Positions 11,521 to 21,873 of a stretch of DNA of 64,000 nucleotides are shown here, piece after piece. The position numbers and the translations under genes are program-made. The stretch spans positions 65,671-129,670 of the forward strand of contig PLZV01000022.1 in NCBI GenBank assembly GCA_003152315.1, given 5' to 3'. This DNA comes from Verrucomicrobiota bacterium. GTDB lineage: Bacteria > Verrucomicrobiota > Verrucomicrobiia > Palsa-1439. The first letter of the stretch is position 1. Each line of letters begins with the position of its first letter. A model generated the notes under the pieces. That model made no database searches, was not told the origin of the DNA, and saw only the letters and a program-made list of their open reading frames with translations.

Positions 11521-12447
11521 TCAGGATTTGCGCTCCAAGGTGGTGACCAGATACGAACCCATCCGCAACCGATTGAGCAACACGCGGGTAAAAGAGTCGG
11601 GAATCACCCTCAGCGCCATGTCCTTGAACCGCCCGCGGGGTAGCGGCAGCGCTTCCGCCTTGCTCCCGTAGACGCGAACCTGGCGAACATGGAAGAGGTC
11701 GCCAACCAACTCTTTCCATTCGTTGGTCGTATAGAATCGCGCCAGGGCGCCGTCAGTCCAGCGCTGCATGATGTCGTGAATGGTCTTGCCTCGGAACAGC
11801 TCGCCCTGGATCAGTCCGTGGAGCAGCCCGCAAGTCACGTAGTAATTCCACCAACTCCGGTAGTAGACCATCACGGTGGCCGTACCGCCCGGCCGCAGGA
11901 CGCGGTGGATTTGTTGGAGCACCTTGCGCGTGTTTGAGGAGTGATGGATGACTCCCCAGCTCCAGACGAAGTCGAAGGAACCATCCGGGAATTCCAGTTG
12001 CTCGGCATCCATGCGCAAGATCCGTGCGGTAATTCCCTGTAGACCCAGTCTCTTGGTAGTGCTTTCCACGGCGTACGCGGTGAGGTCGACGCCGGTAAAC
12101 GATCTCGCGTGGGCAGCCAGCAGTTGTGCGTGGCTGCCATTGCCGACACCGATTTCCAGCACGTCCTGGCTCCGCAGCAATTCAAAGTCAATCAAGGCAT
12201 CAAAGGGGAGCACTTTCCACGGCAGATAGGTCCGCGCGTCGGAGAAAAAACGCCGGTCGATCTCCAGATAGAACTCGCGGCTGAATTCCGGCGCGTCGAT
12301 CTTGGCCCGCCAATCGTAGCGCATGGAGTTGTTTTCCCACCAGGAGCGGTTGGTGTCCTGCCACAGTTGAGCCTCTTCGGATGTTAGTGGCAGTGCGGTC
12401 GGGGTGGTGAACCCATTCGGCGCATGATCCTTGAGATTAGCTTTCAT
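11521..12447 (-). CDS. Class I SAM-dependent methyltransferase
   Basis: VLEIGVGNGSH motif I, DFVWSWGVIHH; start set at internal Met (MKANLK) because longer ORF overlaps upstream GT by 140 nt. Confidence 0.7.
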   Translation of the reverse strand: MKANLKDHAPNGFTTPTALPLTSEEAQLWQDTNRSWWENNSMRYDWRAKIDAPEFSREFYLEIDRRFFSDARTYLPWKVLPFDALIDFELLRSQDVLEIGVGNGSHAQLLAAHARSFTGVDLTAYAVESTTKRLGLQGITARILRMDAEQLEFPDGSFDFVWSWGVIHHSSNTRKVLQQIHRVLRPGGTATVMVYYRSWWNYYVTCGLLHGLIQGELFRGKTIHDIMQRWTDGALARFYTTNEWKELVGDLFHVRQVRVYGSKAEALPLPRGRFKDMALRVIPDSFTRVLLNRLRMGSYLVTTLERKS

Positions 12448-12463
12448 ATATATTCCTTTCAAA

Positions 12464-13618
12464 TCAAACAGGCCCCAGTCCCAGCGCCGCCAACAGGCGA
12501 GCGCGGAAATGGTCCTCGGTGAAATGATGCAAGTATCGTTCCCGACCCGTGCGGCCCATCCGGGCGCAGAGCACCGGATCGTTGAAAAAAAGAGTGAGCG
12601 CCTCAAGCAGGGCTTCGCGGTTCTGGTCGGGTACGATCAAGCCGGTGATACCTTGCTCGGTGACCTCCTCTGCCGCCCCTTCGCCAGCGATACAGGCCTT
12701 GCCGGCCCGCATCGCCTCCAAAAAGGCCAACCCAAAGCCTTCCAACCGGCTGCTCGGCATTACGAAAAAAGCGCAATTTGAATAAAGGCGGCCGAGTGTT
12801 TCCTCATCAACCCGGCCAAGAAAATCGACCGAATCTCGGAGACCAAGATTCACGCTCTTTTCTTCCAGCCGCTGTCGATCATCACCATCACCAGCGATCA
12901 CCAGGCGGGCGGTGCCAACACGCTGCCGGATTGAGGGCCAAAGGTCCAGCAGTAAATCATGTCCTTTATGTCGTTCGGTGGATACGATGCGACTGACAAT
13001 CAGTGCATATGGCTCTTTCGGACTGTCCCCGGGGACTGTGGACTGCCCCGGCGGGACGCCGAGCGGACAGACACGGATCGCCGTATCGGCAAAGTCCGGG
13101 TTCACCCTCTTGAAGTGATGAATCGTGTGGCGTGAATTCGCCATCACGAGCCCGGAGTGCTCCAGCGCGCGGGTTCGTATTTCGCTCAATGGCTCCCAAG
13201 CCTCGCTCCCATGCAAAAAAACAGCGAGACGCGCTCCGCGCTTGACGAGCGGCACAGCCAGTGGCGCCAGATGCAGATGCGTTGCAAATACAAGTGTATG
13301 TCGTGCGTCGCCCAATCCGGCCTTCAATCCCCACCACGCCGCCGTGGCCTTGCTTCCGTGCGCATAACGAAGCATCCAGCCCGGAACATGCTGGAATGAA
13401 GTCTCAGGGGCGGGCTCACCATACGACCACACCTGGCCGTGACAACCATTCGCGGCACCGTACGATTGCAGCGCCCGCAACGCCAGCCGCGAGACCATGC
13501 CGATGCCACCGACCTCGTGCAGATCGGGGCAGAGCAGAATAAGGCGGCGCACTTCTCCTGCGGGCAGGGGAGCCGGCCGCGCTTGCACAGAATCAGTGGC
13601 AGTCGACGGTGTGCTCAT
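12464..13618 (-). CDS. GT4 family glycosyltransferase
   Basis: GT-B retaining family; C-terminal LGRVDEE..L..LYSNCAFFVMPS..EGFGLAFLEAMRAGKACIA (EX7E region). Confidence 0.75.
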   Translation of the reverse strand: MSTPSTATDSVQARPAPLPAGEVRRLILLCPDLHEVGGIGMVSRLALRALQSYGAANGCHGQVWSYGEPAPETSFQHVPGWMLRYAHGSKATAAWWGLKAGLGDARHTLVFATHLHLAPLAVPLVKRGARLAVFLHGSEAWEPLSEIRTRALEHSGLVMANSRHTIHHFKRVNPDFADTAIRVCPLGVPPGQSTVPGDSPKEPYALIVSRIVSTERHKGHDLLLDLWPSIRQRVGTARLVIAGDGDDRQRLEEKSVNLGLRDSVDFLGRVDEETLGRLYSNCAFFVMPSSRLEGFGLAFLEAMRAGKACIAGEGAAEEVTEQGITGLIVPDQNREALLEALTLFFNDPVLCARMGRTGRERYLHHFTEDHFRARLLAALGLGPV

Positions 13619-14810
13619 GAACAGCCAAAGTCTCCTCTCTAGCTCGTGAAAGTTTCTTGTACACTACGACCCATTCGTCAGCAATTCTCGGCCAGGTGAA
13701 GCGTTTGCGCACCAGCGCGCGTGCGACAATGCCGCGGGCGGATAACTCCAGGGGGGCACTGGTTGCCTCCGCGAGTCCGGCGCGCAGCCCGGTGGGATCC
13801 AGATTAATGACCCAACCAGCCCCGGCCGCCAGCACCTCCGAGGCCAAGCCGACTTGTCGGCTCAACAGTACCGGCGTACCGCAGGCCATCGCTTCCACTG
13901 CGCCGATGCCAAAGTTCTCCTGGAAAGAACTCAAGGCGAACAAATTGGCTTCCGCTAGCGCCGCAGATTTCGCCGCGCCTTCAAGCCAACCAACCCAATG
14001 GACCGCATCCTCAAACCCGGTTCCACGCGTGATCTTGCGCAGCCGCTCGACGTACTGCGCCTCGCCATCGCCCGCGACGACGAGATGCCACGTGGCGAGT
14101 TTACCCTCCGCGTGCAGATCAAGGAAAGCTTCCAACAGCAGATCGACGCCCTTTTTGGGATGCAGGCGCGAGAGGCACAGCAACACCGGCGCGTTGGCAG
14201 GGATGCTGTGTTGCTCGCGGAACTTGCCGGTTGGCTCGACCGCCAGCAAGGCCTCGTCAACGCCGTTTGGAATGGTAATCCCTTTGTTCAGGTGCAAGGA
14301 TCGTTCGGTCAGTTCCCGCTCCTGTTCAGTTGTGTAATGGATCGCAGCCGCCTCACGGAGCTCGCGGCGGAAGAGGAAGTGCCAGGCCAACACCTTGCGC
14401 GACCATTTTTGTTGCATGCTCCATGGCTCCAGTGTGCCGAGGGGTCGCACGATATAGGGTACCCGGTGCCGCCGGCATGCCCGTGCGGCGGCGTGGGTCG
14501 CGTGGGAGAATACGGCGTGAATGTGAACGATGTCGTACCGTGCCACGTTTTCGTCCAGCCATTTCTGTAGCGAGCGCGAGAACTTGAACGCCTCGCTCCG
14601 GTCACGGCGAAAGAAGTGCGTCCGCACGCCGTGGTACAGGCTCGGTTTGTCGAGTACGACGGCGAGTCGGCCATTCCCGTCGGCGTCGGTCGTGCACAGC
14701 TCGATATCGATACCGGCGCGCTGTAGCGCGAGGCACATCTCGATGGCAGCCTGACTCGGGCCGCCGTAACGGGGAGCGACGGCTGGAATGACCTGGAGAA
14801 TCTTCATAAT
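13593..14810 (-). CDS. GT4 family glycosyltransferase
   Basis: MKILQVIPAVAPRYGG N-term, C-terminal LSSFQENFGIGAVEAMACGTPVL; start at internal Met to avoid 180-nt overlap. Confidence 0.75.
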   Translation of the reverse strand: MMKILQVIPAVAPRYGGPSQAAIEMCLALQRAGIDIELCTTDADGNGRLAVVLDKPSLYHGVRTHFFRRDRSEAFKFSRSLQKWLDENVARYDIVHIHAVFSHATHAAARACRRHRVPYIVRPLGTLEPWSMQQKWSRKVLAWHFLFRRELREAAAIHYTTEQERELTERSLHLNKGITIPNGVDEALLAVEPTGKFREQHSIPANAPVLLCLSRLHPKKGVDLLLEAFLDLHAEGKLATWHLVVAGDGEAQYVERLRKITRGTGFEDAVHWVGWLEGAAKSAALAEANLFALSSFQENFGIGAVEAMACGTPVLLSRQVGLASEVLAAGAGWVINLDPTGLRAGLAEATSAPLELSARGIVARALVRKRFTWPRIADEWVVVYKKLSRAREETLAVHEHTVDCH

Positions 14811-16156
14811 TGCGGTGAATCGGTGGACGTATCCACGGAGCCTTCCGGCAGACCCATGCTCGGGTGGTCCGGATAGAGGTACCGGAGCCCGGCCGTCAGG
14901 ACCACAGCGAGGACCAGGTTCGGCACAATCTCGATAATGGAACCACCAACGAGGAGGAGGAATTCGCCGATCAGAAACCACCTTGCGAAGGCAATCGGGG
15001 ATCCCCAGCGTAACTCCACGCCCGCTCGACGATCAGCGTACCGAACAAGAGCGCCGACGATGAACATACCGATGAGCACACCGTACGTGCCAAAATTCAC
15101 GTAGAATTCGAAGATCAGGCCCATCCCAACGGAAGTTCCTTCAGCAAACTTCACTCCCGTATAGTGGCTGACGAAGTTCATGCTTCCGGCCTGAATCGGT
15201 TTGTCCGGCCAGAGGACGCGTGGAATGATCGCCAGGACGCCCATCCACAGAGTCTCGCCTTTGCCGAAGTCGTTAGGAGTCCTCAGGTGAGCCATCGCGG
15301 CGCCGACCATCCAATTGTAATTCAACCGGCGATCAATGTCATCCAAGTGCCTTCGGTTGAGCGGATCGAACCACTCAAATTGTTGGAACGTTTCCTCCGC
15401 TTGATTGATACGCTCCTCCATTCGGCCACCCCCCCAGACGACGGAGCGTATTTGATTGCGATCACGCATGTACGTGACAAAAAACGAAAGCGCCAAATAA
15501 CCCACGGGAATTACTAGCAGCGCCATTGTCCAGCGCGGTCGATAAATCGCCACAAAAAAGCAGACCACAATGATGGTGTAGCCCACCCCGAAGCCCAGAA
15601 ACCCCTGGAGAATCAATGTCAGCAACGGGAATGCGGGTGCGGCCGCCAGGCAAAGCAACAGTTGCTTCCGGTCTTGATGGAGGTACGACTGCCAAATTCC
15701 AAAGCCGATCCCGGCAAATCCAAAGGCCTGCCCGCCCGACAGGATTGCCGCCGCTGACGGGATCTCACGGGCGCCCACGGCCCCCAAGACCAGGGAACCA
15801 ATACCGATTGTTAAAAAAAGACGGAGAAACTTGGAATCCGACTCCGCTATGCGAAACGGCGACGTCTCGTCCTCGACGTGAAAAAACAACGGGGCAAATC
15901 CAAAACATCCGATTGCGAACGCCGCCATGCCGGCGGTGCTCACTCCAAACCCGGCTGTCGTCGTAGAATACTCCGCTGACGAATACCACGGGAAAAAGGT
16001 GATTACGCCGCTGAACCAGTGGATGAGCGCCATGTTGCAGAAGAACGCCAGGACCAGTCCCGTCCCCTGTCCCTGGCGGCTCCACATGATGGTCAGCGAC
16101 AACACGCCGATGATCACCCAGGCCATCAGGCAAACAATGTAAAGGTTCTCACTCAT
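14804..16156 (-). CDS. O-antigen polymerase/ligase-like integral membrane protein (Wzy/WaaL superfamily)
   Basis: ~10-12 predicted TM helices with a large soluble loop (residues ~235-330) between TM blocks; no enzymatic soluble-domain motifs. Confidence 0.55.
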   Translation of the reverse strand: MSENLYIVCLMAWVIIGVLSLTIMWSRQGQGTGLVLAFFCNMALIHWFSGVITFFPWYSSAEYSTTTAGFGVSTAGMAAFAIGCFGFAPLFFHVEDETSPFRIAESDSKFLRLFLTIGIGSLVLGAVGAREIPSAAAILSGGQAFGFAGIGFGIWQSYLHQDRKQLLLCLAAAPAFPLLTLILQGFLGFGVGYTIIVVCFFVAIYRPRWTMALLVIPVGYLALSFFVTYMRDRNQIRSVVWGGGRMEERINQAEETFQQFEWFDPLNRRHLDDIDRRLNYNWMVGAAMAHLRTPNDFGKGETLWMGVLAIIPRVLWPDKPIQAGSMNFVSHYTGVKFAEGTSVGMGLIFEFYVNFGTYGVLIGMFIVGALVRYADRRAGVELRWGSPIAFARWFLIGEFLLLVGGSIIEIVPNLVLAVVLTAGLRYLYPDHPSMGLPEGSVDTSTDSPQL

Positions 16157-16208
16157 GTATTCACAGGTTCGCCGCTCGGTAACGGCACCAAAGGGGCAAT
16201 CCGGAATT

Positions 16209-17234
16209 TCATGTCGTCACGCGCTCCAGCATCGCTTCGAGCCGGTCGCGATAGGTGTTGTGGCCCTTGGTGACGACGCGATGCGCCGCTTCCTTCAGGC
16301 GGCTGCGCTCGCCATTATGCGCCAGCAAGTGCCGCAGCTTTACAACCATTTCCTCGCGTGTGCGAAAAAAGCTCACGGCTTCGCCGTCGTCACCGAAGAT
16401 CTCCCGGTGCTCCTCCGTGTCCTCGGTCAACATGCATGCGCCCATTGCAGGTAATTCAAAAGTGCGCATCACATTGCCGTCGCGGTTGGCGCGCCGCACC
16501 AGGCACAGGGAAACCTTCGCGGCGCTGACGGCTTTGCGCAGCGTTTGGGCATCGGCGTGGCCGCGCGCGGAGCCGGCGGTCTGCGGGTAGCGCTCCCAGT
16601 AGCCCCCGTAGAGCGCAACTTGAAAGCCCGCGTGGATTAGTGTAGCCATGTAAGGTACCCGGTCACGATCAGCTCCACCCGCAAACAGGATATCGGACGC
16701 GAACCGGGCGCGTTCGGAATCATTGGCCGGTGATTCGGGGAAATGCAATTCGGGCTCGTACGCAAACGGCAGATGACAGGCGCTCATGCATCCGAGTTGC
16801 CGCAAGTCGCTCAATATGGCGCGCCGCGGCGAGAAGACGTAGTCGTATTGCGGCAGTGCTCGCAAAAACCACGGCGCGCGGTGGGCGCGGTTCCATGGAT
16901 CGTCCGTCAGGTAATTCATGCGCCGCACATGAAGCTTGCCAATCTCTTTGAGTGCGGCCTCTTCGAGGGGCGCAACGCCGGTGGTCAACAACCATTTTGG
17001 CTGGACGTTGCGGCACGTCTCCAGCACCTTGGCACTGAACTCCTGCAGTCGCGTCGGACGCCGTCCGTGAAGCCACCAATTGACACGGTTCTGCCAGAAA
17101 GCCCCGTCGTATGCCTCGGTCAGGTCGCAGACGACGGTGTGGAGGCCCAACGCTTCGGCGGAGGACCTGAAATGCGCCCCCACGTGGACTGGGTCCGGGT
17201 TGCCAACCAGCAGCAGTGTCTCGTTCATGCGCAA
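16209..17234 (-). CDS. CgeB-family (Glyco_trans_1_2) glycosyltransferase-like protein
   Basis: C-terminal block KVSLCLVRRANRDGNVMRTFELPAMGACMLTEDTEE...FFRTREEMVVKL typical of CgeB/DUF3880 GT-B C-domain. Confidence 0.6.
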   Translation of the reverse strand: MRMNETLLLVGNPDPVHVGAHFRSSAEALGLHTVVCDLTEAYDGAFWQNRVNWWLHGRRPTRLQEFSAKVLETCRNVQPKWLLTTGVAPLEEAALKEIGKLHVRRMNYLTDDPWNRAHRAPWFLRALPQYDYVFSPRRAILSDLRQLGCMSACHLPFAYEPELHFPESPANDSERARFASDILFAGGADRDRVPYMATLIHAGFQVALYGGYWERYPQTAGSARGHADAQTLRKAVSAAKVSLCLVRRANRDGNVMRTFELPAMGACMLTEDTEEHREIFGDDGEAVSFFRTREEMVVKLRHLLAHNGERSRLKEAAHRVVTKGHNTYRDRLEAMLERVTT

Positions 17235-18430
17235 TGGAGGACGGGTTGTTCGTGCCGGACAATACTGCGGAACGCTTGCGCGATGCCCGCGGCAGCCTTC
17301 TCAGTGGTGTAGACGCTAACTTTTTCGCGACAATTCGCACGCGTTTCGGCATGTTCCGTTAGCGGCAAAATCCGGCAAATAGCCTGAGCCAGGCTTACGG
17401 CTGATCCGGTCTCGAATACCTCGCCGGTCTTACCGCGCTCAACCAAATCCGGAGCGCAACCCACAGCGTCGGACACAAGACACGGCAGACCGTGGTGCAA
17501 GGCGTCGTTGACGACCAAGCCCCACGTTTCCGACTGCACACTGGGCAACGCGAGCAAATCCGCGGCATGGTAGTACTGGCTCAATTGAGTTTGATTCTGA
17601 AAACCAAGAAAGTGCGCCGGGACAACAGGTGTTTGCTGGGCCAGCGATTGGAGTGCGTCCTGTAACTCACCACTGCCGAGGAAAAGAACCACGATCCTCT
17701 CGCGTGTCTTCGCTGGCAACTGTTTGATAGCTCGCAGCAGGATGTCGGGACCTTTCCGTGCACTCAGCTTGCCTGAGAAAAGGACCGCTTTCTTGTCGAC
17801 ACTGATCTGGAGCGCCGCACGCGTCAGGTCGCGCAACCGGACACGGGCTTCTTCGTCAGAATGGAATGGAGTTGTGTCCACGCAGTATGGCGAGAAGACC
17901 AGTTTGTCTTCCGGGCATCCGAGCCGGCAGAAATGTTCGTGCGAGCGCTGACCGACGTAGAGCAGGCGCTCGCAGCGCCGATAAAACCAGCGCAAGGCTT
18001 GATCGCGGGCCCAGGTTTTCAGCGCACTACGCTGGCGCGCATGGTCAGCCGTCTCACCGCGGAAAAGAATCGGAAAACCGGCATGACGGGCAGCCAGGAA
18101 GGCTTCGCGATGGAAGCGTGGGCGGTAGCCGAGCACCATCACGGCATCGGGCGCGGTTTCAACGAGTGCGTCCCGCAGTCCGCGCGTCGTCACTTCTCCA
18201 GCCGTGCTCGCGCCACCTTCGGCGACCCGTGAGAGAAACCGGGTACTGTAGCCCGAAAGCAAATCCGTGTCCCATGCGAATGTGGTGCCAAACTCGGAGT
18301 CGCGGTAGCCAGCCACGCTGAAGTCCGAACCGTAGATTGCCGTCACGGAAATGCCCCAATTCCTTTGGAGTTCCCGGTAGACCGGCGCGTGGTATTGGAT
18401 CGGATGCGTCTCGATGACGGTCAAAGACAT
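17225..18430 (-). CDS. GT4 family glycosyltransferase
   Basis: GT-B; LPSVQSETWGLVVNDALHHGLPCLVSDAVG (EX7E-region), LLFLGSGE. Confidence 0.8.
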   Translation of the reverse strand: MSLTVIETHPIQYHAPVYRELQRNWGISVTAIYGSDFSVAGYRDSEFGTTFAWDTDLLSGYSTRFLSRVAEGGASTAGEVTTRGLRDALVETAPDAVMVLGYRPRFHREAFLAARHAGFPILFRGETADHARQRSALKTWARDQALRWFYRRCERLLYVGQRSHEHFCRLGCPEDKLVFSPYCVDTTPFHSDEEARVRLRDLTRAALQISVDKKAVLFSGKLSARKGPDILLRAIKQLPAKTRERIVVLFLGSGELQDALQSLAQQTPVVPAHFLGFQNQTQLSQYYHAADLLALPSVQSETWGLVVNDALHHGLPCLVSDAVGCAPDLVERGKTGEVFETGSAVSLAQAICRILPLTEHAETRANCREKVSVYTTEKAAAGIAQAFRSIVRHEQPVLHCA

Positions 18431-18439
18431 GAGAAGTTT

Positions 18440-19321
18440 CTAGGCGAATACGGCATCGATACCGGTACGTCGTTCGGACGGACACAGCAGCAAAGTGCCC
18501 CAAACGCCGTGTGGATGGGGATGAATTTGATCAGGAACGGTCACCCATTGGTTGTTGTCCACGCGATACGCGGCGTAGTCGTGTCGACGGATCAGGTCGC
18601 GAATGGCGCAGTCCTCGTCCGGCGTGTGGGACTCGATCAAGAATAGTGGGCGGGTTTTGGCCACGACCCGGTCGCATCCCCGCAGTGCAAAGACTCCACC
18701 ACCTTCGATATCCATCTTGATGAAGTGCGGGCAGGGGTGGGGCTGCGCTCCCAAAAAGAACTCGTCCAGAGTCATACCCGGGACAGAAATCTTCTCGGCT
18801 TGAACCCGATCGCCCCCGGCCCACTCAGCGTTCAGCGAGGAGGTATGGTGATGGTGGCCCAGAAAAAACTCGACTGGACCGATTCGGTCCGTACAAGCGA
18901 AGGGGACAACCTCGATGTTCGACGCGTTGTTCAAGGAGAGATGGTCACGCAGTTTTTCGAGGGTTTGCGGCGCAGCCTCGAAGGCATAGACCCGCCCTTG
19001 GGGCACATAGTGGCGCGCGAACCAGAGCGAGAACAAGCCGATGTTGGCCCCCACGTCGCAGACGACCGCATCCGGAGCGACCAATGGATGGCCGTTCCGG
19101 TTCAATGTCGTGAGCACACGGAAGTTTGCCACTTCCCAGAGGCCGAGCATCGCGTGATAGTTGATGGTGGAGTTATAACGGAGACGGAGACCGCGCAAGG
19201 GGCCGAAAGGCACGCGGTACACATGTCCCTCACGGTAGTACAAACCTAGGATGCCGCGCACCAGACGAGAGTTCCATCGCGCATCACGCAATTCGTTAAA
19301 AAAAGAAAGACTCAAGAGCAC
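18440..19321 (-). CDS. FkbM-family SAM-dependent methyltransferase
   Basis: CDVGANIGLFSLWFA (TIGR01444 signature), HFIKMDIEGGG; start assigned to GTG overlapping upstream stop (alternative ATG at 19150). Confidence 0.65.
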   Translation of the reverse strand: MLLSLSFFNELRDARWNSRLVRGILGLYYREGHVYRVPFGPLRGLRLRYNSTINYHAMLGLWEVANFRVLTTLNRNGHPLVAPDAVVCDVGANIGLFSLWFARHYVPQGRVYAFEAAPQTLEKLRDHLSLNNASNIEVVPFACTDRIGPVEFFLGHHHHTSSLNAEWAGGDRVQAEKISVPGMTLDEFFLGAQPHPCPHFIKMDIEGGGVFALRGCDRVVAKTRPLFLIESHTPDEDCAIRDLIRRHDYAAYRVDNNQWVTVPDQIHPHPHGVWGTLLLCPSERRTGIDAVFA

Positions 19322-20463
19322 CTCGCATGGCGGGGCTGTTCCGTGAGCCGCAGCAGCACCGGGGCAAACTGCTCGGCGTAGTTCCACTCGCGCAGAATTC
19401 GTTGCCGCCCTCGCTCGCCCATGGCTCGCACCTCGGATGGGTGCTCTAGTAGCCACCGCACCGCTGTTGCAATACTGTGGGGATCGGCGGGATCCACGGC
19501 CAGCGCGTACCCACCGTCCACGAACAGTGCCCGCCAATCCGGCAGGTCGGACACGAGCAATGCCAAACCGCACGCGAGGTAGTCGAACGGTTTGTTCGAC
19601 GCCCCCGTCATGGCCTGTTCGTTATTGTCGAGGCTTTGCTTGGGCATCAGGGACAATCCCACGTCACATTGACGGCATAGCGCGAGCAATTCCTCCCGCT
19701 GCGGCACCGCACCAAGAAACTCCACGCGGTCGATAATTCCCAGTTGCGCGGCCAATTCCTGCAGTTGACGGACGTACCCCTTGTGGCCGATCGTTTCGTA
19801 GCCGACGATGCGCAGGTGCACTCCCTTGGGCAGCATGGACAGGGCAGTCAACGCCGTCGTGGGCAGGCGCGCTGGGACAATCGAGCCGTGGTAGAGCATC
19901 CGCAATGTAACGCCGTCCAGTGGTGGGCGCGTATCGGAAACTTCACTGCGCGCGGGACAGTTCCAGACACAGTCAACGTGGACGCCATTTCCGATTTCCT
20001 GCGCGAACCGTCCTGCGCGTTGCTCGTTCGGTAGAATGCATAGCTGCGCCCGAGCGGACAATGGACGTCGCGTCCAGAGCACGAATCGCATGAACCGGGT
20101 GCCCTCCGAATTCGGTGAGTCGTGTTCGTGATAGACCATTTGGATCCCGGGCAGGTAACTTAGCAACAAAGCCACGGGGCAGGACAGTGGGTCCGAAGCG
20201 TACACCCATGCCGGTCGCCAGCGGATTATCCAGGACAGCGTCCAGAGCGCGAACCACACGTAGTGCAGCTTTTGCCGCCAGCCCGCGGAGCGAAACGGAA
20301 GTTCCCTCACGGTGATCCGTTCGTGATGCGGGAACCGGAGGCCCTCCGCTCCCGTTCCCAGGAAGAGCACGTCCCAGCCGGCATCGGCAAGCAGTCGTGA
20401 GCTGTGTTCCAACGGAGGATAAAGGGCAGGATTGGTGTACTGGATGTAGACGATGCGGCGCAT
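19312..20463 (-). CDS. GT4 family glycosyltransferase
   Basis: GT-B; start at internal Met MRRIVYIQY to abut upstream gene; C-terminal GT4-like block. Confidence 0.7.
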   Translation of the reverse strand: MRRIVYIQYTNPALYPPLEHSSRLLADAGWDVLFLGTGAEGLRFPHHERITVRELPFRSAGWRQKLHYVWFALWTLSWIIRWRPAWVYASDPLSCPVALLLSYLPGIQMVYHEHDSPNSEGTRFMRFVLWTRRPLSARAQLCILPNEQRAGRFAQEIGNGVHVDCVWNCPARSEVSDTRPPLDGVTLRMLYHGSIVPARLPTTALTALSMLPKGVHLRIVGYETIGHKGYVRQLQELAAQLGIIDRVEFLGAVPQREELLALCRQCDVGLSLMPKQSLDNNEQAMTGASNKPFDYLACGLALLVSDLPDWRALFVDGGYALAVDPADPHSIATAVRWLLEHPSEVRAMGERGRQRILREWNYAEQFAPVLLRLTEQPRHARCS

Positions 20464-20470
20464 GAAGAGT

Positions 20471-21844
20471 TCAGGAAAGTTTTCCGGCAGAGTGCTCGAT
20501 GTGCGGCCTCGACTTCCGCGCAAGGAGAGCCTCGTACAACACCAACATTTCGCGCGCGACCTCGACGCCAGTTCGGGGCGGGCGGACTCCGTCCTTGAGC
20601 CGCGCCCGCAGGGTGGCATCCTCCGCCACGCGGCACAGAGTCTCCTCCCAGCCCGCACTGGAGTGCGGCTCAATTAGCAGGCCATTGACCCCGTGCTGCA
20701 CGATTTCACTGATACCGCCGCGGTTCCAACCGATCACGGGAATTCCCGCGGCAAAGGCTTCCAGCGCAACCAGTGGCCCTGTCTCGAGCCATTGGGAGGG
20801 GATGGCCAAAAAATCGTACTGTCGCAGGCGGGAGACGACTTCCTGCGGCGCGATGGGCTCACAGAACGAAATGCGCGGATCATTGCTGGCGAGCGCCTGC
20901 ATTTTCTTCTGATAGTCGGCGCTGGCGGGACCTTGCACGACACCATAAACGTCGAGCCTGGCCTTGAGCGTCGGTGCCATTTTGAACGCCTTGATGAGGA
21001 TATGTAGCCCTTTTGTGGAATCAAACCGGCCGACAAAAGCGATGTGTGTCTCCGCGCGGAGGTCGCGCGTCGAAGATCGGTTGGTCACAGTCTTTTGACC
21101 TGGTGTCCAGTTGATCCCGTGCCGTGAGAGGGAGACTTTCGCTGCGGGAACGTCGTTAAGAAGAATCACGTCCCGAACCCAATTGCAAACGGCCACAATG
21201 TGATCCACCTCCGCAGCCAACTTGCGGAAACCAGCGTGACGCACGCTGATTAGTTCGCTCATGCGCAAGGCTGTCCAGATACCGCCCTGCAAACCACGTT
21301 CACCCAGCCAGTGACCAATCCCGGGGGACAATCGACCCATCTGAGCCGCCAGCGGCGCATATACCCCGAGGCCGTGGAGCGTGCAGCCGGTACAGCGGAT
21401 GATGTCCAGCTTGCCATCGCACAAGTCCTCTCCCCACAGCAACAGCGTGCCGCGCTGACAACTTACCGTCGGCGTGTGATACGTAAAAACCACCGGAATG
21501 CCGCGCTCTTTGGTCGCCTGGATCAGCCTCAACGACACCCCGCGTGTAAAGGCGTGCATATGCACCAGGTCCGGCATCTCTTCGTCGAGGATCTTTGCAA
21601 ATTCGGTCGCTGCCAATACATCGCCCGGTCCATAAAGTTCCTTAATGTCGGTTAGGTTGCCGCTGACGGCATAGCGACGGACCCGCAAATCATCGATCGT
21701 GTACGCCCGACTTGTCTCGCTGGGGGCGGCCACCATGGTCTCCACGCCAAGCCCTTGCAGGTCCTGCGCGAGGTTGGCGACGTACACTTCCGTCCCACCG
21801 GAGGGATCAGGCGCGAAGCAGAATGGAACGTGGATGACTTTCAT
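20471..21844 (-). CDS. GT4 family glycosyltransferase
   Basis: MKVIHVPFCFAPDPSGGTEVYV N-term; C-terminal IPSQWLETGPLVALEAFAAGIPVI (EX7E). Confidence 0.8.
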   Translation of the reverse strand: MKVIHVPFCFAPDPSGGTEVYVANLAQDLQGLGVETMVAAPSETSRAYTIDDLRVRRYAVSGNLTDIKELYGPGDVLAATEFAKILDEEMPDLVHMHAFTRGVSLRLIQATKERGIPVVFTYHTPTVSCQRGTLLLWGEDLCDGKLDIIRCTGCTLHGLGVYAPLAAQMGRLSPGIGHWLGERGLQGGIWTALRMSELISVRHAGFRKLAAEVDHIVAVCNWVRDVILLNDVPAAKVSLSRHGINWTPGQKTVTNRSSTRDLRAETHIAFVGRFDSTKGLHILIKAFKMAPTLKARLDVYGVVQGPASADYQKKMQALASNDPRISFCEPIAPQEVVSRLRQYDFLAIPSQWLETGPLVALEAFAAGIPVIGWNRGGISEIVQHGVNGLLIEPHSSAGWEETLCRVAEDATLRARLKDGVRPPRTGVEVAREMLVLYEALLARKSRPHIEHSAGKLS

Positions 21845-21873
21845 TTGTGCTTCTGTGAAAACCACATCGTTCG

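Noticed and set aside
14804-16156. Considered whether the multi-TM protein is the exosortase (EpsH) of a PEP-CTERM system
   Set aside because: Architecture (two TM blocks separated by a ~100-aa soluble loop, ~450 aa, no visible conserved Cys/Arg/Asn exosortase catalytic pattern) fits Wzy/O-antigen-ligase-like proteins better; left as Wzy/ligase-like.
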